Source of the DNA: Felis catus
Lineage: Eukaryota
Assembly (NCBI RefSeq): GCF_018350175.1
Contig: NC_058369.1
Span: forward strand, 22,384,001 to 22,448,000
Direction of reading: 5' to 3'
Length of the DNA stretch: 64,000 bases
Part shown: one piece after another, positions 50,941 through 64,000 of the stretch
Layout: every line of letters begins with the position of its first letter
Position numbering within the stretch: the stretch's first letter is position 1
Notes under the pieces: generated by a model
The model's database searches: none
What the model saw: only the letters and a program-made list of their open reading frames with translations
What the model was told of the DNA's origin: nothing
Position numbers and translations under genes: made by a program

Positions 50941-53599
50941 CGACTGCCGCTAAGGCTTGACCCTTCTCCCTTCCTCCTCTCTATTACAAATAGTCTGTGA
51001 ACTAGAAAATTGAACTGCCATTCATGTTAGACTGAAATAAGGCTCCCAAGGGGGGCTCTCCTAAGGTATAAGGGAAAATGTGATTTCATGGACTTGGTGG
51101 CATCTAGTTTGGCTGCCTAGAGACTCAGATATTGGCTTGAACTATTCTCCCCAGATCAGCCAGGATCCTCTCTCCCAAATGCAAATCTCCTGAGCCTTCA
51201 TGATGTATGGCAACTCTGTGCAGGGTGGCCGGATGTCTTCCCCCTCCCCAACTTGTGATTCACAGGTGCTACATCCTTATCCCCCAAGTTCCACTTGTCA
51301 GCCCTGTAGCCCCCACCGCCAATCCTGCCCTTCCTGCAAGAATTAGATCAGCTTTCACCCTTTTCTTGGAGCTTTTCCTGGCCACCCCCCTGTTTGCTGT
51401 TTCTCCGACCCCACTTGGGGTTAGTGAGTTTTCTGTGCCTCATCATATCCGTCACACCTCCATCACTTTTGTGACTCTCACTTACAAAATTGTAAGTGCC
51501 ATGTGGATAGACAATGTGACTTTCTTATTATCTCATTCTTGACATCCAACATGGTGCTGGTGCATCTTAAGTGTGTGCAATTTTTGAAGTAAAATAATAT
51601 TTGTTGAGCGAATGAAGGAGTGAAAAGATCTCATATAATAGTTGGGCTTGCATCTACTTAAAAGAATGAAATCCTCGAATCAAGGAACTTAAAAATGTAA
51701 TTCTCTTTGCAAGGCTTCAGAGTTTAAAACCTCCCCCCAAATAACAGTCTTCCCTTGGCATTGCCCTTAAAAGCCCTGAGTCGTGAAATCTTTTGGGTAG
51801 TGAACTTGTGATTCAGGTGCTCTGAATGCTCTGATCCTCCTCTTCATGCTCAGTAGCTGCCCGATGCAGCCAGCACGAGAGCAATCACCCTGTTACAATT
51901 GTCCAAAGCAGACACAGGCAGCTTTGTAACCTCCCTAATCGGCCCAGCAGTAATATTTCAGTCACATTTCTGGGTGCCCATTGCCCTTCCTAAAATACAA
52001 ATGATCTGCATGCTGCTTCTAGCCAAATTAAGACGGGGCAAGCTTTACATGTCTAATGAAGGAACAGCTCAAAAGATTAGGAACAAAGCATTTCGGTCAC
52101 ACCAACATGCACCACAGACATGTGAGGGCAGGGAGTTCTCTGTTCATCCACCAATAGGTTCTGTCAGCCCCGGCTTTTATCCTGGTTGCTCCTGAAGGAA
52201 TCTGGATTAACATAATGAGGGTGCTTATGAACTGGCTCATTATCATTTTAGAAAACTTCGGGGCCGAATAAAATACCAGACTTTATGTTCAAGCTGTACT
52301 ACCGACAGACATTTATTTAATGAACTATTTTCCGCTTACAGATGGAGGTTGAAGAAGTACTCACATGTTCTAAATGTCAGCCTACATCTTTAGACTTGGA
52401 GGGCGGAAGAAAAGATAAAACATGGCGCTCTGAACTTCGTTATGTTATCCCAAACACGGGCATCCAGCTTCTGGTAGCATATCATTATTTCTCTCTTGGC
52501 CTCTCTGATGGAGAAGTAGCCAAGACAGGGATTCTGCATATGGAGGCAGCTCCTGAAGCAATTCACCAATCAGAGTGTCTGGTTAGGACTGTAATTTCAG
52601 ATGTAAATAATAACAAGTAAGGCTCTGGATTTCAGGTGAGAACTGCACTCTTCGAAGATGGCTTCTGTCTGTGGCTGTAGTTAGGAAGTTGGACACTTTT
52701 GAATTGCATCAATTTTATATCCTTGGTAAAATTTTCATCTCTCAACATGCGTTCCTGTTTTAGCAGAAGAAAGCGAAGACCCATCCATAGCAGTCTTTTA
52801 GGAAGGTCAGAGGAAATCGGCACAGCAAGATGAAAATTGCAAAATTGACATTGAGGAACAAGTGATCGTGTTAAACAGCCTTATCATTATTAAATGGAAT
52901 AAAAAGTCATTAAATGCATATGAACCCAAAGCAAAATTGATCAGAAGAGTTAATCACCCTCATCAAGTTACATTTCTGGAAGTGCCCTCTGGGTGTAAGT
53001 TATCACTGCTTTTGGACACTAGCTGTTCATCTCTTCAAGGGCAGCGCACTCAGAGCTTGGGAGCAGCCCTGGTCTTCGGTTGGGGCTCAGGAGGAGGACA
53101 GGGAGAAGGATCCTTGGCCATATGGATTCCATTTTTGCTGCGCAAGACGTCAGTGGTTCCACTGACTCCAACCAATTTGGACCCATAGATATATTAAAAA
53201 ATAATCTGTATTTAAAGGGCATTTATTCTCATCTGCGGAGATGTGACATGTCTTTGTATTCCAGGTAAATTAGATTTAGTTGTTTAGTGCTTTGAGCCAC
53301 GTGCAGTCAGGGAGCTTTATTGAATAACGACGTTGATTGATTCACAATCCCTTGGCCGCAGGAAAGGCACAAGAGAGAGCTAATGATGGCCAGCCAAGTG
53401 TGTCCATCCCACTCACTGCCGCCCCGGGCAAGAACCAGCGGACTGTGGATCCTACTGTCCTCGAGCCATCCAAAGTCCCCAGACTTGTCGTGATGTTGCT
53501 TTGCTTCTGCTCGTCACATAAACTGGACCTACAGAGAAGCATTATGTCTTATACGTTTAAAATACAGTCCTCTACTGTTGCAGAAAACTGAGGAAATAG

Positions 53600-53820
53600 T
53601 TAGTTTATCCATTGCCCATTCTGTCCAGGCACGTCCTAGTCATTTTGTCCAATTGAAACCAAATTTTCACATCCTCAAGATAGATTTTATTATTCCCATT
53701 TTACAGATGAGGAAGCTTGTGCTCAAAGAGGTGAAGTGACTTGCCCACAATCTAGTAAGTGGTGCAGCAAGGGTTTAAGCCCAGATCTGTGTGATTTCAA
53801 GGACATTCTCTTTCTACACT
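53600..53820 (-). mobile_element. MIR
   Basis: cccattttacagatgaggaagc...gtgacttgccca core. Confidence 0.88.
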
Positions 53821-53889
53821 GAATCAACAAAAGATTGTGTGGGTGTGAGTGTGCAGTGTGTCTATATTTATGTCTACATAAAATTGGGG

Positions 53890-54524
53890 CCATACTTTAC
53901 GTATGGAGAAAGTCTAGATTTCTCAAAAAGTCAAGCATAGAATTAGGATATGACCCAGCAATTCCACTCCTGGGTATAGATCTCAAAGAACTGAAAATAG
54001 GAACTCAGATACTTGTATACCAATGTTCATTGTAACATTATTCACAGAGGCCAAAAGGTAGAAACAACCGAAATGGTCACTGATGGATGAATGGATAAAC
54101 AAAATATGGTTATACATGCAATGTAATACTATCCAGCTTTAAAAAAGGGGTGAAGTTCTGGCACATACTACTACCGGATGAAGCATAAAGACATTATGCT
54201 AAGTGCAAGAAGCCAGTCACAAAAGGAAAATACTGTATGATTCCACTTTTATGAGTTATCCAGAACAGACAAATTCATAGAGACAGAAAGTAGAATGAGG
54301 TTACCAGGAGAGGGAGACTAGGGATTGGGTTCCAATCCCTAGGGATTGGACTACTGGATTGGGTTCCAGTATTTACATTCTGAGTCTTGAAAAAGTTTTG
54401 GAAATAGCGGTGGTAGTTATTGTACTTAACATTGGAAATGTACTTAATGACACTGAATTGTTTACTTAAAAATGGTTACAATGGTAAACTTCACGTTGTG
54501 CATATGTTTATTACAATTAAAAAA
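53890..54524 (+). mobile_element. L1MB-type 3' end
   Basis: atatgacccagcaattccactcctgggtata...acttaaaaatggttacaatggtaaa. Confidence 0.9.
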
Positions 54525-54753
54525 GGGGGGGGCGCTTGGGTGGCTCAGTCGGTTGGGCATCTGACTTCAGCTCAGGTCATGATCTTTCAGTCAGTGAGTT
54601 CAAGCCCTGCCTCAGGCTCTGTGCTGACAGCTCAGAGCCTGGAGCCTGCTTCAGATTCTGTGCCTCCCTCTGTCTCTGCTCCTCCCCCACTCATGCTCTC
54701 TCTCTGTTTCTCAAAAATGAATAAACGTTAAAAAAATAATAAAAAATAAAAAA
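54525..54753 (+). mobile_element. CanSINE inserted in the L1 poly(A) tail
   Basis: Full head, body and tail. Confidence 0.95.
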
Positions 54754-54861
54754 GCCTGGCATGATGGAAGAGTCAAGCAGGTGTTGGTGTGAATCTCAGA
54801 ATGGCCTCTTACCTGTGTGAATTGGGCAAGTGACTTGGTGCCTCTGCATCTGTTTTCTCAT

Positions 54862-55089
54862 TTTTTTTAAGTTTATTTATTTATTTTTAGAGACGGGTGA
54901 GAGAAAGAGAGAGAGAGAGCACACAAGCTGGGGAGGGGCAGAGAGAGAGGGAGAAAGAGAGTCTCAAGCAAGCTCCACACCCAGCTAGGAGCTTGAGCCC
55001 ATGTGGGGCTCAATCTCACCACTGTGAGACTGTGACCTGAGCAGAAATCAAGAATCAGCCGCTTAACCAACTCAGCCACCCAGGCGCCC
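54862..55089 (-). mobile_element. CanSINE inserted in a MIR
   Basis: TSD gttttct(c/t)atttt. Confidence 0.93.
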
Positions 55090-56474
55090 GTTTTCTTATT
55101 TTAACAGTAGAGATAATAATGCCTAGTTTAGTAGGCAGGTAGAATTATCTAGCCCGCGCTTAGCACAAAGAGTGAGATTCGAATGGTGTGGAGGTGCCAG
55201 TTGAGGTAGTGAATTACCATCACTGTTAACTCTGGAGTTCCACACCTGAAGCCAAAGCATACGGATGGTGAACATTTCCCAGCACCCACACCGAGGAATG
55301 GGCAAATGAGAACTGAGGTTTTGTTCTTGTTTTAGAAGGACTTTTAAAGACAGAATGCCAATAAAGAACCAGGTGTTTGAGAAATGTGGCTGTGTTAAGT
55401 TAAATGAGCCTTTTTTGGGACGCCAGATGGGAACATAAAGCTGTTTGAAACCCCAACGGTCTTTCCTGGTTGATTTTCACATGCCTGAGAAATGGCTGAC
55501 CACAGCACAGAGGGGCTGCCCGCGAGTTCTTGCTGCCAACTCCACTGCCGCTGTTCAGGAAAGGAAGAGATGTTAGAGCAAAAACTCATCACCCTTGAAA
55601 AGAGGAGGCCCTTAATTACGGCATTGCTGAGGTGCCATGCTAATTACAGGGCTCTGGGACAATGCCCTTCTGTGGAGTAGAGTCCCCCGTGGCCTCTTGC
55701 ATCAGGAAATTGAGCTCCGTAGTGACAGAAGAGAAGATACCTACAAAGACCCACAGAGAGCTTTTAAACACATCTAGTAGACTGTTTAATTTCTGTGTTC
55801 CATGAAGTGGATGATCAATCCCCCCCCCCCTTCTATACATATGAAATGTGCTTTCAATGCACGTTAACATTTTCTCGAATAAGTTCACGCCAAATTCTTA
55901 CGGATATTGACTGTAGCTCCTTAATAAAGCACAGCTGTAGACCTGGAAGGTTGTCCTTTGAACATTTGGAAACCACTCTGCAGGCTCCTTCCTTTGCTTA
56001 AGACACATATGGCCCCTGGAAAATAATACGCCTTTGTATTTAACCCTTCAAGTCTTAAAGGAACTGTTTTGTGGAGTTGAGCTTTGATTTATTTAGCGGC
56101 TCCCTAATCATCTGCAAGAGTGAATACACCCTCCTAAAAGTCCCCTTAGCGCCCTCCATGTTCCCATGTGCCATGTGGTAGCACTGCCTTCAGGGAGGCT
56201 ACATATCTGTCTCTGTTTCTTTCTGTTCAACTAGAAGTGAATAGGTGTTTAGATGGTACTAAGCATCTCACACAGGTCAGATACATAATACCTACTTGTG
56301 ATATGAAATTAACTAGATATTCTGCATAAAAACACAGGCTAATCAGTGTAGTACAACTTCCCTTTGATAACTATTGTCACATTTTGGTGTATAACCATCT
56401 AGACTTTTTTTAATACATGAAGATCAATTTTCATCTTTTACAGAAATGAGATTATACTGTACGCACAGTGCTTT

Positions 56475-56687
56475 AAAAACATTTTTTAAATGTTTATTTA
56501 TTTTTGAAGGAGAGAAAGAGTATGAGCAGGGGAAGGGCAGAGAGAAAAGGAGACACAGAATCTGAAGCAGACTCCAGGCTCTGAGTTGTCAGCCCAGAGC
56601 CAGACTCGGGGCTCAAGCTCCTGAGCCATGAGATCATGACCTGAGCCGAAATTGGACGCTTAACTGACTGAGCCACCCAGGTGCCCC
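56475..56687 (-). mobile_element. CanSINE
   Basis: TSD cacagtgcttt. Confidence 0.95.
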
Positions 56688-56834
56688 CACAGTGCTTTTA
56701 AACCTGCCTTTATCAAATACCAATATATTATGAACATCCATCCATATAGTACCATCCTAAATGGCTACTTAGGTATAGCACAAATTGTATTTAACTAGTT
56801 TTCGATTGTTGGATGTTTAGGTTGTTAATCCCCT

Positions 56835-57305
56835 GTACAAGCTAGAATTCAGCTCAGCTTCATTTACAGAAAACTCCAAATGGTAGAGGCTTAACCAAGA
56901 TGGATGTTTATTTCTTCTTAATGTAAAATAGTACAGAGATGGGCTGGCATGGCAGACATCCAGAGACTCACACTTCTTTCACGTTTTCACCTCTTATCAT
57001 TTTTCTGGAGAGCTTCCATCCTCACGGTCACTCCTTGGCCCAAAATGATTGCAGGAGCTCTGGACATCACCCCCAAGTCCTAGGTAGTGCAGCGGAGAAA
57101 GGAAGGAAGGCTCCAAAGGGCTCCTCCCCAGCCTTTAAATAGCCTCCCCAGAAGTCCCACCTAACACGTCCACTTTCTTGTCATTGGGCAGATTCAGCTG
57201 CTGGAGAGACTGTGAAGGGGAGTCAAAAGAGTTCCGTGAAAAGACAAAAAAAAGGAAGAAAAGAAAGGGAAGAATGGCTATCGTGTATCTAGTGGCTTCT
57301 GCAAC
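56835..57305 (-). mobile_element. Old MLT1 (MLT1J-like) LTR
   Basis: aggcttaaccaagatggatgtttatttc...ccagaagtcccacctaacac. Confidence 0.65.
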
Positions 57306-60300
57306 ACCAGTTTTTGCCCTTACTATCAATGGTGTTACGTATGCATTCTAGCTAATGTTTTTACACATCCATGAGTAGTTCCTTAGAATTTATGCTGAGG
57401 AAATAATTGTGTCAGGGTAAGGGGCACATTAAAAATATTTTCTCATTTTTTGTTGTTGCAAAAGCGGTGGATGCTTGTTGAAGAAAAAGAACACCGAAAT
57501 GGTAGAAACATCACCTGTTTTAATACACGTCGCCATTCTGAAATGTTGTGCCAATCCAATTTAATTAGCTTACAAAGGGATCGATTTCCCTATATTCTTA
57601 CCGCTTTCCTCTTGCCCTGTTGTCTTATCAACCAATCTAATAAGTAAAAAAAAAGTATTAATCTGTACTTTTTGATTACTCACCAATTGCCTGTTGAGAT
57701 CCTTTGCCCATTTTCACTTGTGATACTCATTTAAAAAATAACATAAAGGGGTCCCTTATATATTTAATATTTACTTGATGGTTATCATGTGTTCTAATAT
57801 TTTTTCCAAATTGTCGCTTTTCTTTAACTTCATTTACGGTGTTCTTGCCGTGTAAAAAAATGTAAACTTTATACTCAAATCTGTTTATCTTTTCTTAGAA
57901 AGTTTTTCCTTTGATGTAGGTGCTAACACTCAAATAAAATGTTTTTTATTTTCTTGGGGAAAATTAAAAAGTTCTGTGTTGGATTTGGAATTAAGGTCTA
58001 AGTGCTGAGAGCCAGGCATGGTAAGATAGGCAGTTGGTGAAGAGGTCATCTTCCTCCGTTTCCTAGCACAGAGCCTTGTATCGATTACTCAGGGGACAAA
58101 AACCGAGGGTGTCTCAACAATAAAGCAATATAGGTGAGCCTCACATTCTACAGCGGTTAGATTTCTGAGGCCTGAAATGGAAGGGACATACTTGTTTTAC
58201 TAGAATGCTATTTTTCCTTTAACCTACATTATGCCTCCTTTTAGGGAACTCTTCCACAAACTAGACACCTAATTATTTATTATTTTAAGTTGAGCCTCCT
58301 TGTGCCTGGGAAGGGTATGGGATGGTGGGAAAGACATAAGTCTTGAAGTCAAACAACCTGAGTTGAAATCTCACCAGCATTTATTACTTGTGGACCCTCA
58401 GGCAGGTCACCTGACCTGCATGGGCCTCAGGTTAGCAGGAGGACGAGAGGGAATAATTAACATGAAAGTACCACCATCATTAGCTCATAGTGATGGAGAC
58501 CATCAGCCGAGGTTTCCCCATTCTGCCCAGAAACAAGAACTTAGATGTATTGCTGCTTGATATTCTCTTTGGTACTAAGAATTCCTTTACAATGCAGATA
58601 ATAAGCTCTTACTTTTTCTGCTTAGTGGTTCACATTTTTAAATATTAGGGTAGCCGAAATATAATAGGGCCTCCCTGGCCTTCCTTGCTCTGTGAGGCCC
58701 CTCCTGTATGTCCTAGAATACCCTCTCTCCTCTCTCTGCCCCCCCAATCAACACCAGTTAATGGCAGATGATGGTGGGGTGGGAGAGATCCTTAATAGGT
58801 GTCACCTGAGGCCACAAAGCTAGCAAGTCTTTTGAGCCACAGATCAGCCCCACATCTGATCCCTCCTTTGGCTTTTAAGAATTCAAGTGGTTTGCATCTC
58901 TTAGACCCAGTAGGATCTTGATATCCTGAGGGAGGGGACAGCTAGGAGTTCTTGTTTATGCTCTGGACCTGGGGAAACTGAGGCACAGGGACAGAAAGGA
59001 CTAGCATAAAATGCGCAGTGCTTGGCGGATCTGGAGGCAGGGCTGCAGCTTTGTGCCCTCTCCCTGCTCCTTGCCCCTTGCTGCTTGCTGATGACCTGAC
59101 TGCGTGCGGCTCCCGGATTTGCAAGTCAGAGGTCAAGACGTCCATTAGATGCAACCTTGAGAAGAGCCATTTCACATCCAAGGGGAATAATGTGCCTGAT
59201 GAATAGGAACATTAGTGATTTTCACTTGCTATGCGCTAATTTCTCTTGAGAAAGGTGAGCGGATTTTTTAAAGCCACAAGCTGGCAGATTTCACTCTGTG
59301 CTATTTCTGAGGTCTTGGCAGCAGAACTGACTCCTCATCCCGGATCTCTGAGAACTCCAGAGAATCTGGTGCAGGGTGTTCCCGTGAAGTAAGATGTTGA
59401 TGAGCATCAACAGAATCTGGGTGAGTGGAGTGGCACGGGGACACGTGGTCAGCTGCTCAGGCCCCAGAGTCCACACAGGCTTCCAGCAAATGTGCGACAG
59501 CCAAAGGAGTCAGGAAAACCATCTGTGGGGCTCTTACTGCCGAGATGGGCATGGGGGGATGGGGGGTGGAAGTGAGGCCTGCTGGGAGTGGGTGACCCGC
59601 CACGAGCCAGCCAGGTTCCCCCAGCTGTGGAGAGTATTGTTCATAAATATCAATTACCAATTTCCCATCTGGGCCTGGCAGGTTCCATGAATTTACAAGC
59701 AAAATAGCTTTAATAATTTCGTGTCTGGAATTCACTCCTCTGGAGCTTTTGTTTACTCCCTAGGAAGTTCATATAATGCACATTTGTGTGATAAGTGGGT
59801 GGGTTGACCCAAAAATTTATTGGTAAATTTAGAATCGCAAAAAATGACTCTGGCACTAACACAGTTTGCTCTGGCTCTTGCATCTTTTTGGAATGCCCAG
59901 GCAGTGTAGTTGTTTCAAGCTGTCCTGACCCTAAGCCCCTCGTCTCTAGCCTCTGCTGCCTGGGGGCATAGAGGGTAAAAAGCTCTTGGAAACAGTCCAG
60001 AGGTCGTATTCGCTCTCTGTGTTTCAGAGAGGGGCCTTCTGAACCCCTCTCCCCTTGCACCCCTGTGCCTCATATCTTACCGAAAGTGCCAGCCTCCCAG
60101 CGATGGTGGCTAACTGAGGAGCAGCAGTCCTGGCCGGGCCCGTGCTTGCAGTTCTGACAGTTCAAGGGTGTGTCTGATGAATTAGTGCAGCCAGGTTGGC
60201 CTGCTCAGAGAGGAAGCCGTACAGCCGCGAAGAGACGGGGGCGGGGGGAGGACAGGAGAATGGTATGTTGTATGTTTCAAGCATGGGTCCTCTTACTGGG

Positions 60301-61035
60301 CCCCTGGGCCTCATCCGAGTCCTTTGGAGAGGGCTACAGGCACATGCTCAGCAGCGGTTTTCATTAGGGTAGTGGCTTGTGGCAGTATGAGCCCCTTCAG
60401 GGCCCAGGAGACTCAGGAAAGCACAGAGTGGGACAGAGGCTGCCAGAGAGAGCTGCTTTGCTGTGGTGAAAACTCCAGTGAACCTGGCTCTGCCTTGGCA
60501 CCTGCAGGAATATCACTCTGGGACGGTCTCAATGAGCACTCAGGGCCTGGACACTTTCCCACGGACGGCGGGCAGCGGCAACAACAGGGATGAATCTTTG
60601 CGGAGAGTTGACGTCACCTGGGGGCTCAAGTAGAACCCCAAAGGGCTGTTTGTGATTCAGACAAGACACCTTAGGATGTCTCAGAAGTCACTGGGTAAGA
60701 CTTTGTGTGGGACAAGAGCCAGTGAATTTGGGGCCCTTTTAATATGACTTGCACGGTGCCTGGGGAAGCCCAGGCTATTTTGAAGTCTCTTCCTTCCTCA
60801 AGAAGGAGAGCAACCAGTGAGCGTGGGGTGTGATGTCAATCAATGGTAACAGTCTCTGGCTCTGAATCCCCATCCACAGTCCTCTTTGGAACTCAGTACC
60901 CTCAAGCCCTGTCCTTCCCTTCCTTTCCCAGGTTTCTGGAGCTTTCTTCAAGTTGTCATTAAAGTTTTCTGCCTGCCCGTTCTGCCGCTCCCTCTTTCTC
61001 ACTGCTGTTCCCCTGTCCTTCTACACTGGCTTCTT

Positions 61036-61283
61036 TTATTTTTTAAATTAAAAAAAATTTTTTTTTAAATTTTTGTTTATTTTTGAGAGAGAGAGAGAGA
61101 GAGAGAGAGCACGCGAGTGAGCGGTGGGAGGAGCAGAGAGGGAGGGAGACTCAGAATCCGAAGCAGGCTCCAGGTTCCAAGCTGTCAGCACAGAGTCCCA
61201 CACGTCGTTCAAACCCACGAACCGCGAGATCATGACCTGAGCTGAAGTCGGACGCTTAAGCGACTGACCCATGCAGGCACCCC
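61036..61283 (-). mobile_element. CanSINE
   Basis: TSD tacactggcttctt at 61022-61035 and 61284-61297. Confidence 0.96.
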
Positions 61284-62608
61284 TACACTGGCTTCTTGAT
61301 GTTGCCATTGAGGCTTTACCTAATTGCTTTTTCCTGTTGCACTGACTCCGGTTTCTCGCATCCATGTTGGTGCTTCTTCCACCACCGTAGACCTTGACGC
61401 TAAACCCATCCCTGCCAAAGTAGGGAGCCCTCTAGTGCCGTCAGAGTTAAACTTATCCTCGGTTCTTCAAAATAGCATCTTTTGCTCCCCAATCTTCTGA
61501 CAGCCTCCCCATGCAACGGACGTAAGAGAAAGTGACTGCCAAGGGTGGTTGAGTGGCACGTGCACGGCTTTGCAGGGTGCCTCATGGGAAAGTTCTCTGC
61601 CTGCTTATAGTAAGAGAGGGTCATCTCGCATTCCCTCTGCTGCTGGAGAATACTCAGGCCCCTCTGCTTATTGTTCATTTTTCACATGCATTTTTAACTT
61701 TCGCAATCCTAAGCCTTTGGCATTTCTCCTTCCAGACTGGAATTACATGAAACAATCTAGTACTCCGCTTCAAAAGATTTTCCTTATGAAATCTCTGGCA
61801 GTTGCTTCTGTTTGTTTAAACTTAGAAAAAATCAATGATTTCAAATTGCAAATTCGGTTAAAATCTACTTTGCGATAATGTTGTAGGATAATATTGCCAG
61901 AGTTTGGAAGCAGAAAGCAAATGAGGCAGGAAAACAAGCTAATCGAGAGGATGATAGAACAGGATCTCTGATTAGTGAAGCACAATTACACGGAATAAAT
62001 ACGATATCGATTTTTGTGTAAAAATCACCCACAGAAGGCAAGAAAAAGGAGGCTGTTTGTCATCTTTCCTTTTTTTATTTCCACTTTTTGAGACATTTTC
62101 AAGTTCTGTATTAGTTGGGTTTTTCTTTTTTAAATACAATTCTGATTTCGATGATTGATATTGCTTTAAGTGCCTCTAGTATTTGGAAATATGTTTCATC
62201 TGAACCCCCATCGCTCTGTGTCAGTTCTATTCTTTAGTCATTCCTCACTACATGGTGTTATTGGTGTTTGTGTCCATGACTTCACTCCCTTGCTAGATTG
62301 TGAATTTATTGAGAGTAGACATATACTTGCATGTGCTTTAGCAACAGTGAATTCTCTAGTGGCATGAGTAGGTGGGGTTCTTATTTTAAGAATATGATTT
62401 TTAAAATTGAGTTATAAAATAATTTTATAATGAGAATTTTTCTCATGGAATGCATGTTTTGGTGACTCTGAGATGGAGAATTCATACTCCATTTATATCT
62501 TTAATAATTTGTAGGAGGAAAAGATAGATGTTTCATCTGCAAACCAATTTTTTTTAGTTATATGTGTTTATGATTCTCAGGGATTATGTAAAATTTAAAG
62601 AGATACAG

Positions 62609-62610
<2 letters not shown>

Positions 62611-62649
<39 letters not shown>
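62611..62649. repeat. (CA)n microsatellite
   Basis: Read directly from the sequence. Confidence 0.97.
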
Positions 62650-62652
<3 letters not shown>

Positions 62653-63073
62653 CTTTGAAAGGAGTGGGGATCCTACCCTGCCCCTGTGGGAGGAGAACAG
62701 ATGTGTCTCCAATTACAACACTGAGTAGAAGGTCTGCTATTCCCAGAGGGCTGGGGAATCTCAGCTCTCAGGGGATGAGTTTGGTTACAAGGGCCTGCTG
62801 GTGCTTACAGGCAGGAACCGCCTGGGAAAAGGGAGGGCTGTCTGTGGCCTGGGTTGACCAGCAAGCCTTCCCAGCTGACCTCCACAGAAGAGCCCAAGGG
62901 GATGCAAAGCTGGTTCCTACTTCCTTTTTCTACTTATTTTTTGGTATGTGATGAATTTGAATTTGTCCGAGGACTCTTCACCTGGGTTTTAGCTTAGCCC
63001 TTTTGAACTCAAGGCTTCCTTGGAAATTGTATTCTGTATGTGACCTTACAGAAAGCATCTTGGATATTCTTTT

Positions 63074-63289
63074 TTTTTTTTTTAATGTTTCTATTTTTTT
63101 TTTTTTTGAGACAGAGACAGAGCATGAGCAGGGGAGGGGCAGAGAGAGGGGGAGACACAGAATCCGAAGCGGGCTCCAGACTCTGAGCTGTCAGCACAGA
63201 GCCTGACACGGGGCTCGAACTCACAGAGTGTGAGATCATGACATGAGCTGAAGTCAGACGCTCAACCGACTGAGCCACCAAGGCGCCCC
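63074..63289 (-). mobile_element. CanSINE
   Basis: Perfect TSD gcatcttggatattctttt at 63055-63073 and 63290-63308. Confidence 0.97.
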
Positions 63290-63463
63290 GCATCTTGGAT
63301 ATTCTTTTGGCAACTTCTTGGAAGACTATTGCTAGAGGAGAATGCCTAACGTAGTTGCACTCCCTTTTGTTAATTTCTTACATAGCCAAATGTGTAGAGG
63401 TCAGGTGCTCAGGGCCTGGAGCCAATCAATTTTGGATTAGCTCTTCACCACACAATAGCTATG

Positions 63464-64000
63464 CAAAGGACAGTTTACCATGAAGCTAAAAATTCAAGTC
63501 TGGGATGCTTCCCTTTCCAGAGGAGCCCTAGCTATGTGGCCAACATAGTCAATTCAGACTACTGTCTCTTTCCACTCTGACTGCCCCTGGTCTCCCTTTA
63601 GCTTTGTAGGATGGTGCTAGAATGGCCAAGGGCATTTTGGAGATCTGGTTAAGGGGAAGTTGAGTGGGGAATACACCATCTTAACTGCAGTTTGGAATGT
63701 CCTTTTGGAATGTGTCAATAAAACAAGTGAGAAATCACAGACTTCTGACTTGAGCATACGTGAATGGTACTTTTTTGGTGGCCATCTTAAAACTTACGGA
63801 GGAACTGAAAGAAAATTCATACAGATATAAAAATGTGAAAAAGAAGTGACAAAGATGAACAATAAAATCAACAGACACTGAGAAGAAAATTATGACAAAA
63901 AATTTCAGATCCTGTCAAATGAACTCATTCACAGAAAGGTAAATCCTATTCCATTCATTTAGGAAAAAAGAAATACGGACTAGAAATAATGAAGAAGGAC
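63464..64000 (+). mobile_element. Zaphod/MER115-like hAT-Tip100 transposon, running off the window end
   Basis: Start CAAAGGACAGTTTACCATGAAGCTAA resembles the Zaphod terminus; A-rich transposase-like interior. Confidence 0.55.

Noticed and set aside
52342..52620. 92-aa ORF directly after an acceptor-like ttttccgcttacag
   Set aside because: No recognisable homology or partner exons; cannot be supported as coding
1..64000. CRISPR array, operon or prokaryotic-type defence system
   Set aside because: Mammalian repeat-rich DNA with no regularly spaced repeat-spacer structure and no gene-dense region

Overview
Mammalian non-coding DNA, almost certainly from a felid (cat family). It contains about 30 tRNA-derived CanSINE/SINEC copies, three of them near-pristine felid SINEC_Fc-type, plus a young carnivore/felid L1 3' end. 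I recognise no protein-coding exon, rRNA, tRNA gene or CRISPR array; the ORF track is largely explained by SINE, LTR, L1 and DNA-transposon sequence. The window is a layered repeat record (old L1M, L2, MIR, L4/RTE-X, MLT1, ERV1-type solo LTRs, MER45, Zaphod, MARNA, Charlie4z) separated by repeat-free blocks that look like conserved enhancers. The most unusual signal is a decayed minus-strand reading frame at ~27.8-29.4 kb. With frameshifts it keeps the motif order of an hAT-superfamily transposase of the hATm-like type, which I know mainly from invertebrates. Repeat names are assigned by eye from remembered consensus sequences, not from a database search. I found no convincing new multi-gene system.
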